From Leucoraja erinacea (Eukaryota), in assembly GCF_028641065.1 (NCBI RefSeq), contig NC_073400.1:29512001-29576000 (forward strand): a stretch of 64,000 nucleotides of DNA, read 5' to 3'. The notes under the pieces are model-generated. The model saw nothing but the letters and a program-made list of their open reading frames with translations. It ran no database searches and was not told where the DNA came from. This document shows, in pieces, positions 11,221-23,195 of the stretch. Both the position numbers and the translations under genes were made by a program. Positions within the stretch are counted from its first letter, which is position 1; every line of letters begins with the position of its first letter.

Positions 11221-12984
11221 ACTTAAGTAACGTAATCTGCGTACTCAAGGGTCCGTGGGGACATTGAACCTTCTCTTTTAAGTGAGGTACGTGGCTGCCT
11301 GGCCACATGTTGTCCTATGATATGCGCGCTTCAAAGATTCAATGTGTACAGAGAGTTGGCGGAGGCTCCTTAGGACATACAGGGACGCTGAAGCAGCAGA
11401 GCAATGTGTTGGGGTGTGGATAAGTCCATGTGTTGGAATTGGGATTCTCTCCGATATTTGACCACTTGTGATGTGCATGACTGGTTGAACTGCACCGAGT
11501 TGTGGATTTAGGAGATTGATCCACTGCCGTATGACTGTGTTCATCTGACCGGCATATTTGCTACAAGGCATAACTCTAGGCGCCGTTCCCACTGTGCGTG
11601 ACAAGAAATGGCTCCTGTGAGGGGAAGATCGAACTTCAGATCATACTCCTTGCTATTGGAGGATCGCCCCTGTCATTGAGATCTTGACTTGCTCCGCGAC
11701 AGACAAGCAGTGAAAGGCCTTGTCACAACAGCGACAGGACATTTGATTCGTCCTCTTCTTCAACCATGTGACGGTTCCGGGATCAGTGGAAAGCAGATGT
11801 TGTTTTCATAACTGTGCAATGTAGTAATTGACGGTAACACGTAACCCTTGGGTGTTTAGTAGAGTGATGGACTCATTTGGTGTAGAGCATGTTAGTTCGA
11901 ATTGTGACCAATCATTCTGACCAGTTCGGAAGTTCACAACTGAATATCAACTTCTGTCCCGGTATTGATCCCAAGCACAAACTAAGTCACCCTGGCTGGA
12001 GTTAGATACTCCAAGAACCTGGAGTCGAAAACAGGTCACTCGCACCTGACATCGAGTTGACCCAGGCACTACTCCAACATGTTTCTCCCAACGTCGGTGC
12101 ACGGTCACCGATGGCTCATTAGTCGTCTCTCGTCCTGCATTTGCAACTCGACAGTCCGGTGCTGTAAAATCCAAAGGTCCCTAAAGCGTCGCAAACAGAT
12201 CTACGGGTCATTAATGGAAAACCAACGGCCCTAGACTCTGCCGTCATGGCCCAGACGTGACCCCGGCAGGCGAGTTCCCGACATTGGATAGAACATAGTT
12301 TACCCCCGGATGTTGCAAATTCAGTTTTAGTTTATTGTCACGTGTGACCGAAGTAGAGTGTTTTAGTTGCGAGCTCCTCCGTCAGCAGAAAAGACAATCC
12401 TGAAAGGATGTGTGATTATTCCGATCATCTTACAGTGCATGTATACACATGAAAAGGAAAATAACGTTTAGTGTAAGGTAAAGGCCAGCACATAGTCCGA
12501 TCAAGGGTAGTCCGAGGGCTCATCAGAGAGAGGGTAGATGGGAGTTCATGCACCGCTCTCTGTTTGTGGTAGGATGATATGAGATGCCATCATAACAGCT
12601 GGATGATGAAACTGTCCTGAACTCTGGCGGTGTGCGTGTTTCACGCTAGTAACGCTCTCCAGTAAGGGACCCGCTTTATTGATTAACCCGTCCGTCCTCT
12701 GTCCTCAGTCAGGGGGCGTTGTGTAAAGGCACAGTGAATGTCTAAACACGGGTCCGGCCCACTGTCGCGTTGAGAGATGAATGTTGGCAGCGCAGCCGGG
12801 TTTCTGGCATCCGCCAATGAAATAGCAATAGTGGGGTCTTTCTGTGGGGTGAGAGGCCGGGCATACGCCTGGGATTGTTGAAAGGCAGCTCCTGGCAACA
12901 ACTGCCGCGCTCCCTCAGTACCGCACTGCGATCCCAGCCCCTATTTCTGTTCAGGGATCTGGAGGTGGGTATGAACCTGAATTG

Positions 12985-13292
12985 GGTCACAGTTTAAGGG
13001 TAAGGGAGGGAATCCTTTAGGACCGAGATGTGGAAACATTTTCCACAGAGAGAGTGGTGAATCTCTGGAATGCTCTGCCACAGAAGGTAGTTGAGGCCAG
13101 TTCATTGGCTATATTTAAGAGGGAGTTAGATGTGGCCCTTGTGGCTAAAGGGATCAAGGGGGTATGGAGAGAAGGCAGGTACATGATACTGAGTTGGATG
13201 ATCAGCCATGGTCATATTGAATGGCGGTGCAGGCTCGACGAGGGCCGAATGGCCTACTGCTGCAGCTATTTTCTATGTTTCTATAATTTCTA
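12985..13292 (+). mobile_element. CR1 LINE 3' fragment in gene 2 intron 1
   Basis: RVVNLWNALPQKVVEASSLAIFKRELDVAL plus tttctatg tail; absent at the paralogous sites near 26705 and 43273. Confidence 0.85.
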
Positions 13293-13495
13293 GTGTACTG
13301 ACCCTGGGGGACAGAGCATTTACACAACAGGTACAATAACAGCACTGCCTGCACTTCAGACCGAGAGACACATTGGCCGTGAAGCAATATGACACTCATG
13401 GAAACGATTTAAATAATATTCAAAAATGTATATATTGCCATTAAACAGTTCATTTGCTCAAAGCACACCTGAAAGTTTCTCCCCTCTGCTTCCAG

Positions 13496-13853
13496 GTGCA
13501 GTGTGGGGCCAGGACTTATGTAAGAGGAGTTGTGTGGAAGAAGTAGTGCGATCAACAATCGATATGTCACTATGCAGCAGAGTACCGCTCCACACACAAA
13601 AATACTGGTGGAAATGGGTGGATCATTCAATGTACAGTTTTAGTGGTGAACGAATGGGCAGCACGGGCGGAGTGGAAGAGTGGTCAATCACAGATAAACC
13701 CACAGACAGGTTTTACGTGCAACGAGGACATTTTACTTGCTGTGGGACTTAGGAGGATCTTCAGTCTGGAGATACGGGACTGTACCGCTGTGGAACTAGA
13801 TTTATACCCGTGGTGCGGATCCAATATTTAACGTCAGGTCCAAGTATTTGACG
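13496..13853 (+). pseudogene. Gene 2 V1 exon, frameshifted as assembled
   Basis: Clear nucleotide similarity to 26902-27222 and 43469-43789, including the GACG|gtacgt donor, but many small insertions break the frame. Confidence 0.75.
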
Positions 13854-14880
13854 GTACGTTTCGCAGCGATATGGAGACTTGATGTCTCCACTGAAATGCC
13901 CCATCCATGTTTAATCTTATCCGGGATAGTGTGACTTCAAAGGGGGTGTTCAGCAAAGTTCCCTGCCGGTGGGTCCTGAAACTGTAAAAAATAAATTCAC
14001 CCTGTGTCAGTGGTTAGCATTCCCACTCAAACTAATGATCCAGGATGACAGGAACAGATTAGTGAGAACACAAGTGTTGCTCGCCGGTCTGAAACCCGGA
14101 GAATATTAACAGTTTTCCATCAGTCCACAGAGGGGCACAGCCCACACCCCCGCCCCCCAAACTCAGGGATCAGTCACTTCCTCCTCACCTGAGCCACCAC
14201 CACCGCACCGCCCGGCAGCCAGGCCACCCTCTCCACACGGACATTTACCATTCTCAGAGAAGCACGAATAACCTCATCTTTCGCTCCCGCACCCGCCGTC
14301 GCACACACCACATGAATCACCGACATTTCGCCACCTCCAACGGGAATCCCCCCCAAAACTGGCCATATCTTTAATCTCGCACCGCTGCGGGCTCTGCTTT
14401 CCGAAAGACAACCCTGGTCAACGTCTTCGTCCTCCCCCGGAAAGTAACAGACGGTTCCACACTACCAGGAAATTAACTTCGATACTTCTAAAAATGTGCT
14501 TTACAAACTGAGGAGGAAGTCAGGATTGTGGACTCATTGGGTCAGTTCAAATTATTCCCTGCATTTGTTCAACCTCAACTCTGTGCGCAAACCCAACGAT
14601 TCCCGGAGTCTGAGGCTGAACCACTGTCCTCTCACAACTTTCTCACCATCCGCTCTCCGAACCGCGGCCCAGTCCCTGCTGACTTGTCCAGGCGCGAGCC
14701 GGGTTCATTGGGGAATAGAAACCTGTCCCAGATGAGCAGCAGGACATTTGGCTCCCCATTCAGTTTAGTTTATATGTCACGCTTTACCGAGGTTACAGTG
14801 AAAAAGATTTGTGTGTCCGATCTAGAACCAGCCAGCAGAAAGACCAATCCATGATTAGAATCGATCCTCTTACAGTGCAT

Positions 14881-17633
14881 ATTCAATATTCAGGAGGGAT
14901 AGACAGAAAGGAAAAGGAGGTAGGTGGGGGTAGCGTTACTGATTAGAGAGGGGATTAATGCAATGGAAATGAAGGACATTAGTTTGGAGGATATGGAATC
15001 GGTATGGGTAGACCTGCGAAACACTAAGGGGCAGAAAACGCTGGTGGGTGTTGTGTACAGGCCACCTAACAGTAGTAGTGAAGTTGGAGATGGTATCAAA
15101 CAGGAAATTAGAAATGCGTGCGACAAAGGCAAAACAGTTATAATGGGTGACTTCAATCTACATATAGATTGGGTGAATCAAATTGGCAGGGGTGCTGAGG
15201 AAGAGGATTTTCTTGTAATGTATGCTGGATAGTTATCTAAATCAACATGTAGAGGAACCAACGAGAGAGCAGGCTATTTTAGACTGGGTATTGAGTAATG
15301 AGGAATGGTTAGTTAGCAATCTTGTTGTACGTGCCCCCTTGGGCAAGAGTGACCATAATATGGTTGAGTTCTTCATTAGGATGGAGAGTGACATTGTTAA
15401 TTCAGAAACAATGGTTCTGAACTTAAAGAAAGGTAACTTTTAGGGTATGAGAGACGGAATTGGCCAAGATTGACTGGCAATTAATTCTAAAAGGGTTGAC
15501 GGTGGATATGCAATGGAAGACATTTTAAAGACTGTATGGATGAACTACAAAAATTGTTCATACCAGTTTGGCAAAAGAATAAATCAGGGAAGGTAGTACA
15601 TCCATGGATAAACAAGGGAAATCCAGGGATAGTATCAAAGCGAAGGATGATGCGTACAAATTAGTCAGAAAAAAGCAGCATACCGGAGGACTGGGAGAAA
15701 TTCAAAGACCATCAGAGGAGGACAAAGGTCTTAATTAGGAAAGGAAAAATAGATTATGAAAGAAAACTGGCAGGGAACATAAAAACTGACTGCAAACGTT
15801 TTATAGATATGTGAAAAGAAAAAGATTAGTTAAAACAAATGTAGGTCCCTTGCAGTCAGAAACAGGTGAGTTGATCATGGGGAACAAGGATATGGCGGAC
15901 CAATTGAATAACTACTTTGGTTCCGTCTTCACTAAGGAAGACATAAATAATTTGCCGGAAATAGCAGGGGACCGCGGGTCAAAGGAGTTGGAGGAATTGA
16001 GTGAAATCCAGGTTAGCCGGGAAGTGGTGTGGGGTAAATTGAATGGATTAAAGGCCGATAAACCCCCCAGGGCCAGATAGGCTGCATCCCCGAGTACTTA
16101 AGGAAGTAGCTCCAGAAATATGGTGGATGCATTAGTAATAATCTTTCAAAACGCTTTAGATTCTGGAGTAGTTCTGAGGATTGGCGGGTAGCAAACAAAC
16201 CCCCACTTTTTAAGAAGGGAGGGAGAGAGAAAATGGGGAATTACAGACCAGTTAGTCTAACATCGGTAGCGGGGAAACTGCTAGAGTCAGTTATTAAAGA
16301 TGGGATAGCAGCACATTTGGAAAGTGGTGAAATCATTGGACAAAGTCAGCATGGATTTACGAAAGGTAAATCATGTCTGACGAATCTTATAGAATTTTTC
16401 GAGGATGTAACTATAGTAGCGTGGATAGGGGAGAACCAGTGGATGTGGTGTATCTGGACTTCCAGAAGGCTTTCGACAAGGTCCCACATAAGAGATTAGT
16501 ATACAAACTTAAAGCACAAGGCATTGGGGGTTCAGTATTGATGTGGATAGAGAACTGGCCCAGAAGCAAAGAATGGAAAACGGGTCCTTTTTCACAATGG
16601 ACAGTAGTGGGGTACACCCAAGGCTCAGTACTGGGACCCCAGCTATTTACAATATATATTAATGATCTGGATGAGGGAATTGAAGGCAATATCTCCAAGT
16701 TTGCGGATGACACTAAGCTGGGGGGCAGTGTTAGCTGTGAGGAGGATGCTAGGAGACTGCAAGGTGACTTGGATAGGCTGGGTGAGTGGGCAGACTGTTT
16801 GGCAGATGCAGTATAATGTTGATAAATGTGAGGTTATCCATTTTGGTGGACAAAAACGGGAAAGCAGGCTGTTATCTAAATGGTGGCCGATTGGGAAAGG
16901 GGGAGATGTGGCGAGACCTGTGTTTCATGGTACTCCAGTCATTGAAGGTAGGCATGCAGGTGCAGCAAGCAGTAAAGAAAGCGAATGGTATGTTAGCTTT
17001 CATTGCAAAAGGATTTGAGTATAGGAGCAGGGAGGTTCTACTGCAGTTGTACAGGGTCTTGGTGAGACCACACCTGGAGTATTGCGTACAGTTTTGGTCT
17101 CCAAATCTGAGGAAGGACATTATTGCCATAGAGGGAGTGCAGAGACGGTTCACCAGACTGATTCCTGGGATGTCAGGACTGTCTTATGAAGAAAGACTGG
17201 ATAGACTGGGTTATACTCTCTAGAATTTAGGAGATTGAGAGGGGATCTTATAGAAACTTACAAAATTCTTAAGGGGTTGGACAGGCTAGATGCGGAAGAT
17301 TGTTCCCGATGTTAGGGAAGTCCAGGACAAGGGGTCACAGCTTAAGGATAAGGGGGAAATCCTTTAAAACCGAGATGAGAAGAACTTTTTTCACACAGAG
17401 AGTGGTGAATCTCTGGAACTCTCCGCCACAGAGGGTAGTTGAGGCCAGTTCATTGGCTATATTTAAGAGGGAGTTAGATGTGGCCCTTGTGGCTAAGGGG
17501 ATCAGGGGGTATGGAGAGAAGGCAGGTACGGGATACTGAGTTGGATGATCAGCCATGATCATATTGAATGGCGGTGCAGGCTCGAAGGGCCGAATGGCCT
17601 ACTCCTGCACCTAATTTCTATGTTTCTATGTTT
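14881..17633 (+). mobile_element. CR1-clade LINE (HER1-like), 5'-truncated and frameshifted; APE endonuclease + RT
   Basis: ORF pieces GVVYRPPN, IMGDFN, LGKSDHN, NYRPVSLTS, YLDFQKAFDKVPH, QGSVLGP, KFADDTKL, RPHLEYCVQFWSP; (tttctatg)n tail; interrupts sequence that is continuous near 26200. Confidence 0.93.
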
Positions 17634-18377
17634 ATATAGATACATGAAAAGGAAATAACGTTCAGTGTAAGGTAAAGTCAGCAAAGTCCGATCAAGGGTA
17701 GTCAGAGGGTCATCAAAGATGTAGACGGTAGTTCAGCACTGCACTCTGGATGTGGTAGGATTATTCAGATGCCAGATAACAGCTGGGAAGAAACTTCCAA
17801 AATCTGGGGGTGTACGTTTTCACGCAATTAACGCTCTCCAGTAAGGGACCAGCTATATTGTAACCCGTCCGTCCTCTGTCCACAGTCAGGGCGTTGTAAA
17901 GGCGGTGAATGTCTAAACACGGGTCCGGCCCAGTGTCATTTGCCCAGAGGAGGGGAATCGAGAACCAGAGGACATTGTTTTAAGATGAGGGGAAAATGAT
18001 TGAACAAGAACCTGGGGAGTAACGTTTTTACACAAAGGTTGTTAGGTAAATGAAACAAACTGCCGACGGATGTACTTATGGCAGGTTTTCGCAATATTTA
18101 AGAAAGGTTTGGACAGCTACATGAATAAGATAGGTTTAGAGGGTTAAGGGCCAAGCAAGTGCAGGTGGAACTAGTGTAGATTGGTCGTGTTGCTCAGTGC
18201 GGGCAAGTTAGACCGAAGGGCCTGTTTCTATGCTGTGTGATTCTATGACTCTATGTAGATGGATGGGTCAGATTCCAACCCGGCGGCTCTGGCTAAGATA
18301 CAGAGATGGTGGATATTGGCGAGTGTTTGATTTTCAGATGTTCACTCAGTGTCTGACTGTTTGCTCCTTTCCCACAG

Positions 18378-18698
18378 AACCCGTGTCTGTTCCTGTGCTT
18401 GGGTTTCTGTCACCAGCCAATGTCTCCTGTCCCGGGAGCTCAGTGACAGTGTCCTGTGAGTCTGTCCGGGGATCGCTTCCCATTAGCTACGGCTGGTATG
18501 AAACGACCCCATCTGTGGATTCAAAGATCTCAGACAACAATGCCCTGGATCTACATTGCCAATCATTCAAACGACAGAACCATCAATATTATTGCACAGC
18601 CTCAAATAATAATGGATCAAAATCCAGTGAAATGGTCAACGTGTCCATCTCCAGGAGTGACGTGCCCGGCAGTTTCCTAGTAAAAATCAACGGCACTG
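18378..18698 (+). CDS. Gene 2 exon: C2-type Ig domain b
   Basis: Intact 321-nt phase 1-1 exon with the same splice sites as paralogs; DVPGSF instead of DVPCSF. Confidence 0.85.
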
Positions 18699-19995
18699 GT
18701 AAGTAGTGGAGGGAATGGGGAGAAGAAGGGGAAGTGGGGGTGGGGTGGTTCATAAAATCACGTGATAAAAGCAGTAATAGACCATTCAATCATGGCTGAT
18801 CTATCTTCCCCTCTTCACCCCATTCTCCTGCCTTCTCCCCAAACCCCCGACACCCTGAAATCCATGCACATTATTTAATTAACATCAAGATTAAAATGAT
18901 GGAATTATAGCCCATTTGTCAATACTTGGTTGCTGGGCTCCAGACGTAGATTTCCCAGTGCTGGTGTAGACCAGCTTCCCGGCTAGAACTTCCTCTCATG
19001 TTTACACAGCTTTAAATTAGGTTTGCAGTGACATCAGTCCAAGCACATTCATTTTCCCACCACCATCTCCACACGACCGACAATCAAATGTGGGAAGGTA
19101 ACAGATATTATCCATAAATGTGGCCACAGTTAACTCCTAGACGATGGTATCGCATTTGGGTCACTGTGTTAATGTTGACCATTCAGTACTATAAATACTC
19201 ATCCCACTTACCAGCACCTCGTCCATTGAGGCAATTCAGGTACCTCTATCTTCTAGGTTTAAAAATATTTCTTGATACCCTAGAAACATCCTGCTCCTCA
19301 ACTTAACCATATGTTCTCCGCTTTTACACATATCTGTCTTGCAAAATGTTCCCCAAAATACCCTATCTACGCTGCTCACAGTTGTGCACACCTGTAATAG
19401 GCCCCCCCTTTTACACCTGCTCTGCATGGAATTTTATAAAACCTCTATCCAACCCCTCCCCATAACTGTAAAATTTCATCCCAAGCAATACTCCTCTCAA
19501 ATGAAATTGGACCCTTTTGATTAGTTTGTGGATACATCGTGGAAACAGGCTCTTCGGCCCATTGAGTACACAACGTCCAGTATTCACCAGTACACTAGTT
19601 CCATGGGGCCAATTTACAGAAGCCAATTAACCACCAAACTTGCACGACTTCAGATTGCGGGGAAATTTGAGAACTTGGAGAATGCCCACGCGGTCACAGG
19701 GAGGAGGTACAAATTCCATACAGACGGCATCCGTAGTCAGGATCGAACCCGTGCCTCTGGCGCTGTAACGCAGCAACTCTACCCCAGCGCCACCGTGCCG
19801 TCTACACCTGGCGCCAGAGTTGTTACCAGCACTCCAGCTTGTTATGATCACATCTCCCATTTGCTGCAAATCACACTGAAGAAACATTACCCTGTCTGTT
19901 AAGCCTATCAACTCCATTCATCGGAAATTCATACCTACTTGTTGAACTGCAAGTGAAAGGCAGTGAAACTGACTTGTATTACCTTGTTCCAACAG

Positions 19996-20044
19996 GTCAT
20001 GAATATTCTTGTGCAAATTTGATAACATCCAATTACTCTGCAAG
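19996..20044 (+). CDS. Gene 2 49-nt stalk exon (GHEYSCANLITSNYSA)
   Basis: ttccaacag| acceptor, AAG|gtaaac donor, phase 1-2; paralog of 33634-33682 and 52299-52347. Confidence 0.75.
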
Positions 20045-21345
20045 GTAAACCTCTCTGTATCCAATGAAGTTACAATGTATTTATTGCTGGCGTTTTGATA
20101 GTGAATTCTTTAATTGGGAGAAAGTTGTGCCTTCCTTTCACTGACATTAAATGTGTGAGAGTATTGATCTGAATGCACAATGGCACGGCCTGTAGAGCCA
20201 CAGTCTCACAACGCAACGACATATATTCATTAGGTGCTGTCTGTGCGTTATCTGCATGTTTTGCCTTTTAATTGTTTTGGTTTCATTTAAGTGCATTCCC
20301 AGTTTCCTCTCCGCTCCCAAAGATGTGCCAGTTGTGAATTGCCCCGTGTGTACAGGGAAAGCGGTTGAATCTGTGAAGAATGGGTATGGCCGGGGAAGGG
20401 GGGGGGGGGGGGGGGGGGGGGGGCGGTGGGGGAGGGGGGGGGGAGGGGGGGGGTACTTGGTGAGAAAGTGGGGGAAATAAAAATAGGATTGACACGGGAA
20501 TCGTGTGAAAGCAGTTGACTGAAGGGCCAAATGACCTTTGTCTAGACTGTTTCTCTTTGGGTCTTTGATCCAATGAACCCAAATATCAGGAAACATAATC
20601 AATGAAAGTGAGAACACTTTGTTATTTATCTTATTACAATTGAAATAGATCTGGCTTTCTATCACATTCTTGTGTGATATTTACGTTAGGATATATCGGC
20701 CACGCCGATATGAACGAACCTGTAACCGATTTTTCGAGCACGATTTCCCCATCCACACACCTACCGCGTTAATCCAAGTAATATCGAGGGTGTGAGATTA
20801 AGCATTATCATTTTAAATTAATTTTATTAATTGGTCTCATCTGTTTCCATATTTATTGCCCCATCCCCCACCATTTGAATTAACATTTTTTTAATTATTC
20901 CTGTCTATCCATATGGATTTTATTATAAACTTCCTTGCAGCTGCGTTTTCTTTCTTCCAGGTTATTACACTGTTCTTTGTATCCTTCCACATCCCCAGTT
21001 TCCCTCTCCCGTGACACCCAGTCTGAAGAAGGGTCTCGACCCAAATCCTCACACATTCCTCTCCAGAGATGCTGCCTCTCTCGCTGTGTTTTTCCAGCAT
21101 TTAGTGTCTATTTACTCCGTATTCACTGTATTCACTGCTCCATCTGATGACTTATTTCTCTTTCTCCGAATCCATTTAACAGTGTAATCTCTCATTCCCA
21201 GCCTTGCAGTCATGCTCCAGCAATGGTGTAGTAATTGGTGATCACGAGTTGCCCCCCCCCCCCCCCCCCCCCTGTCCAACACCCGTTCTTTCTCCAAAGT
21301 GATCTTCATTGACTCTGCTGCTTCGCCCCGCTCCACTTCACCAAG

Positions 21346-21364
21346 ATTATGCAGCAAATAACAG
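21346..21364 (+). CDS. Gene 2 candidate 19-nt micro-exon (DYAANNS)
   Basis: Paralog of 5446-5464 with both splice sites conserved; phase 1-2. Confidence 0.45.
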
Positions 21365-21432
21365 GTAAATGTTTCAAAGATAAACCGTCTCGTTTTCTCC
21401 CAGTGATTTTGTATTTCTTGCCCTTTGCCCAG

Positions 21433-21523
21433 TTACATCTCATGGGAAGTGGGGCGCTGGGTGTTCTTTCTCCTGCTCGTGATCTGGAGTATCTCAACTG
21501 CGGTGTTCACAAGAGATTCTAAG
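21433..21523 (+). CDS. Gene 2 charged TM exon (SYISWEVGRWVFFLLLVIWSISTAVFTRDSK)
   Basis: Near-identical to 5533-5623; splice sites intact. Confidence 0.85.
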
Positions 21524-21926
21524 GTAGGTTTTATTGTCATCATGTTCATAAATTATAGGTGCAGTATTTAGCCATTCAGTCCATCATAACTAATCCGCCC
21601 CCAATCACGGCTGATCTATCCTTCCCTCCCGATCCCATTCACCTGCCTTCTCCTCATAACCATTGAAATCCTTATTTATCAAGAATATGAAAATATCCGC
21701 CTTAAATATATCAATCGATTTGGATGGATGCAAAATTGCTGGAGTAGCTATGTAGATGATATCACGAGGTTTTGTCAGGTTGTACGTGTGCAGGGTGGAT
21801 TTCTGTGCCCGGTGTGGATTCTTTGGGGTCCATCTTCCAGACATCAACGTGTTGGGAGTGGTCGGGTCAAATAAAGCGTGGTTCCCACTGTCAGTCAGTC
21901 TGATGACCTCACATTGTCTTTTGCAG

Positions 21927-21974
21927 AGACGCGATGAGCCAGAATCTCGCCATTCGACCCACAAATTACAATGA
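21927..21974 (+). CDS. Gene 2 terminal exon RRDEPESRHSTHKLQ*
   Basis: Paralog of 6243-6290; AATAAA at 22115. Confidence 0.75.
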   Translation, partial: RRDEPESRHSTHKLQ

Positions 21975-22251
21975 AGACACCGAGCTTGCACCATCTTAAT
22001 TTTTGTCACCTGTTACAAGCTTTCTTTCGTCAGCTTCGAACTATTGTTTTAACCTTTGCGTGGTTTCTGCTGTTCCTGTCTTATACTATATTAAACGCAT
22101 ACAGCTTGGTGGGAAATAAAACGTTTTTCACTGATTAATGAATAATAATGCACCAGAATGCTTCTTAATAAATGGTTGTGGCAAAAAATGGTTTGTCTAA
22201 TTTGTTTTGTTTAGACCGCAACTTTAGTGATGAAGAACAGACTGCAATTTG

Positions 22252-22252
<1 letters not shown>

Positions 22253-22316
<64 letters not shown>

Positions 22317-22327
22317 ACCCCCCCCCC
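22253..22327 (+). repeat. Poly-C tract (~75 nt); paralogous tract at 7775-7812 (~38 nt)
   Basis: Directly visible; G-rich tracts also at ~9110-9132 and ~20391-20454. Confidence 0.95.
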
Positions 22328-22329
22328 AA

Positions 22330-23195
22330 AAAACTTTTTTTTCTACTAAACAAATACAAAACTGTGGTAGTTGTTTTTGGAGCCAAAGAGGAACGATTGA
22401 AACTGAATGCTCAACTTCAATTGGACAAAGTCGGAATTCGTGATGTAATCGTGGACTCAGACCTTAATTTCAACAGCCACTTTAGGACAATTACTATGTC
22501 AGACTACTATCACCTTAAGAATATATCAAGGTTTAAGGACTTATGTTTCAGCAGGATTTGGAAAAACTTGTCCATGCATTTATCTTCAGTAGTCTTGACT
22601 ACTGTAATACTATCCTCACAAGTCTCACTAAAAAATCGATTAGACATCTGCAGTTGATTCAGAACGCTGCTGCTCTCTAAGACCAAGAAAGTAGATCTCA
22701 ACACTCCAATTTTGAGCTCTTTATACCGGCTTCCATACAGTCAAAGAATTGTTTTCAAAATATTACTGTTGGTTTATAAAACACTGAATGGTCTAGGGCC
22801 AAAATACATTTCTGATATTCTGCTTCATTATGAACCATCCAGACCTCTGAGGCCGTCTGGGACAGGTCTGCTTTCTGTCCCCAGAGTTAAACATGGAGAA
22901 GCAGCGTTTAGTTTTTATGCACAATGTTTATGTAACAAACTTCCTGAAAAATGCAGGTCCGCTCCAACTCTCAGCCTTTTAAATCGGGGATGAAGACTTT
23001 GCTATTTGACGTTGCTTTTAATTATTTTTAATTCTAATTAAATTAAATAATTATAAATTTGAACACTGCACTGCAATTTTTATTCTTATATTTTATGCCA
23101 TTCTATTTTTGCTTGTATTTATTTTCTATGCTCTTTAATTACATTTTAATTGCTTCACGTTACTTTTTAATGATTTGTGTAATGCACTTTGAAGT
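22330..23195 (+). mobile_element. L2-clade LINE 3' fragment (segmental duplicate of 7815-8732)
   Basis: Near-identical sequence at the same position relative to the gene's 3' end. Confidence 0.85.

Noticed and set aside
11230-12250. Faint minus-strand resemblance to Gypsy integrase motifs (xDRG, HxQxNG-like)
   Set aside because: No sustained reading frame, and it lies in the suspected low-quality segment; cannot be supported without a profile search
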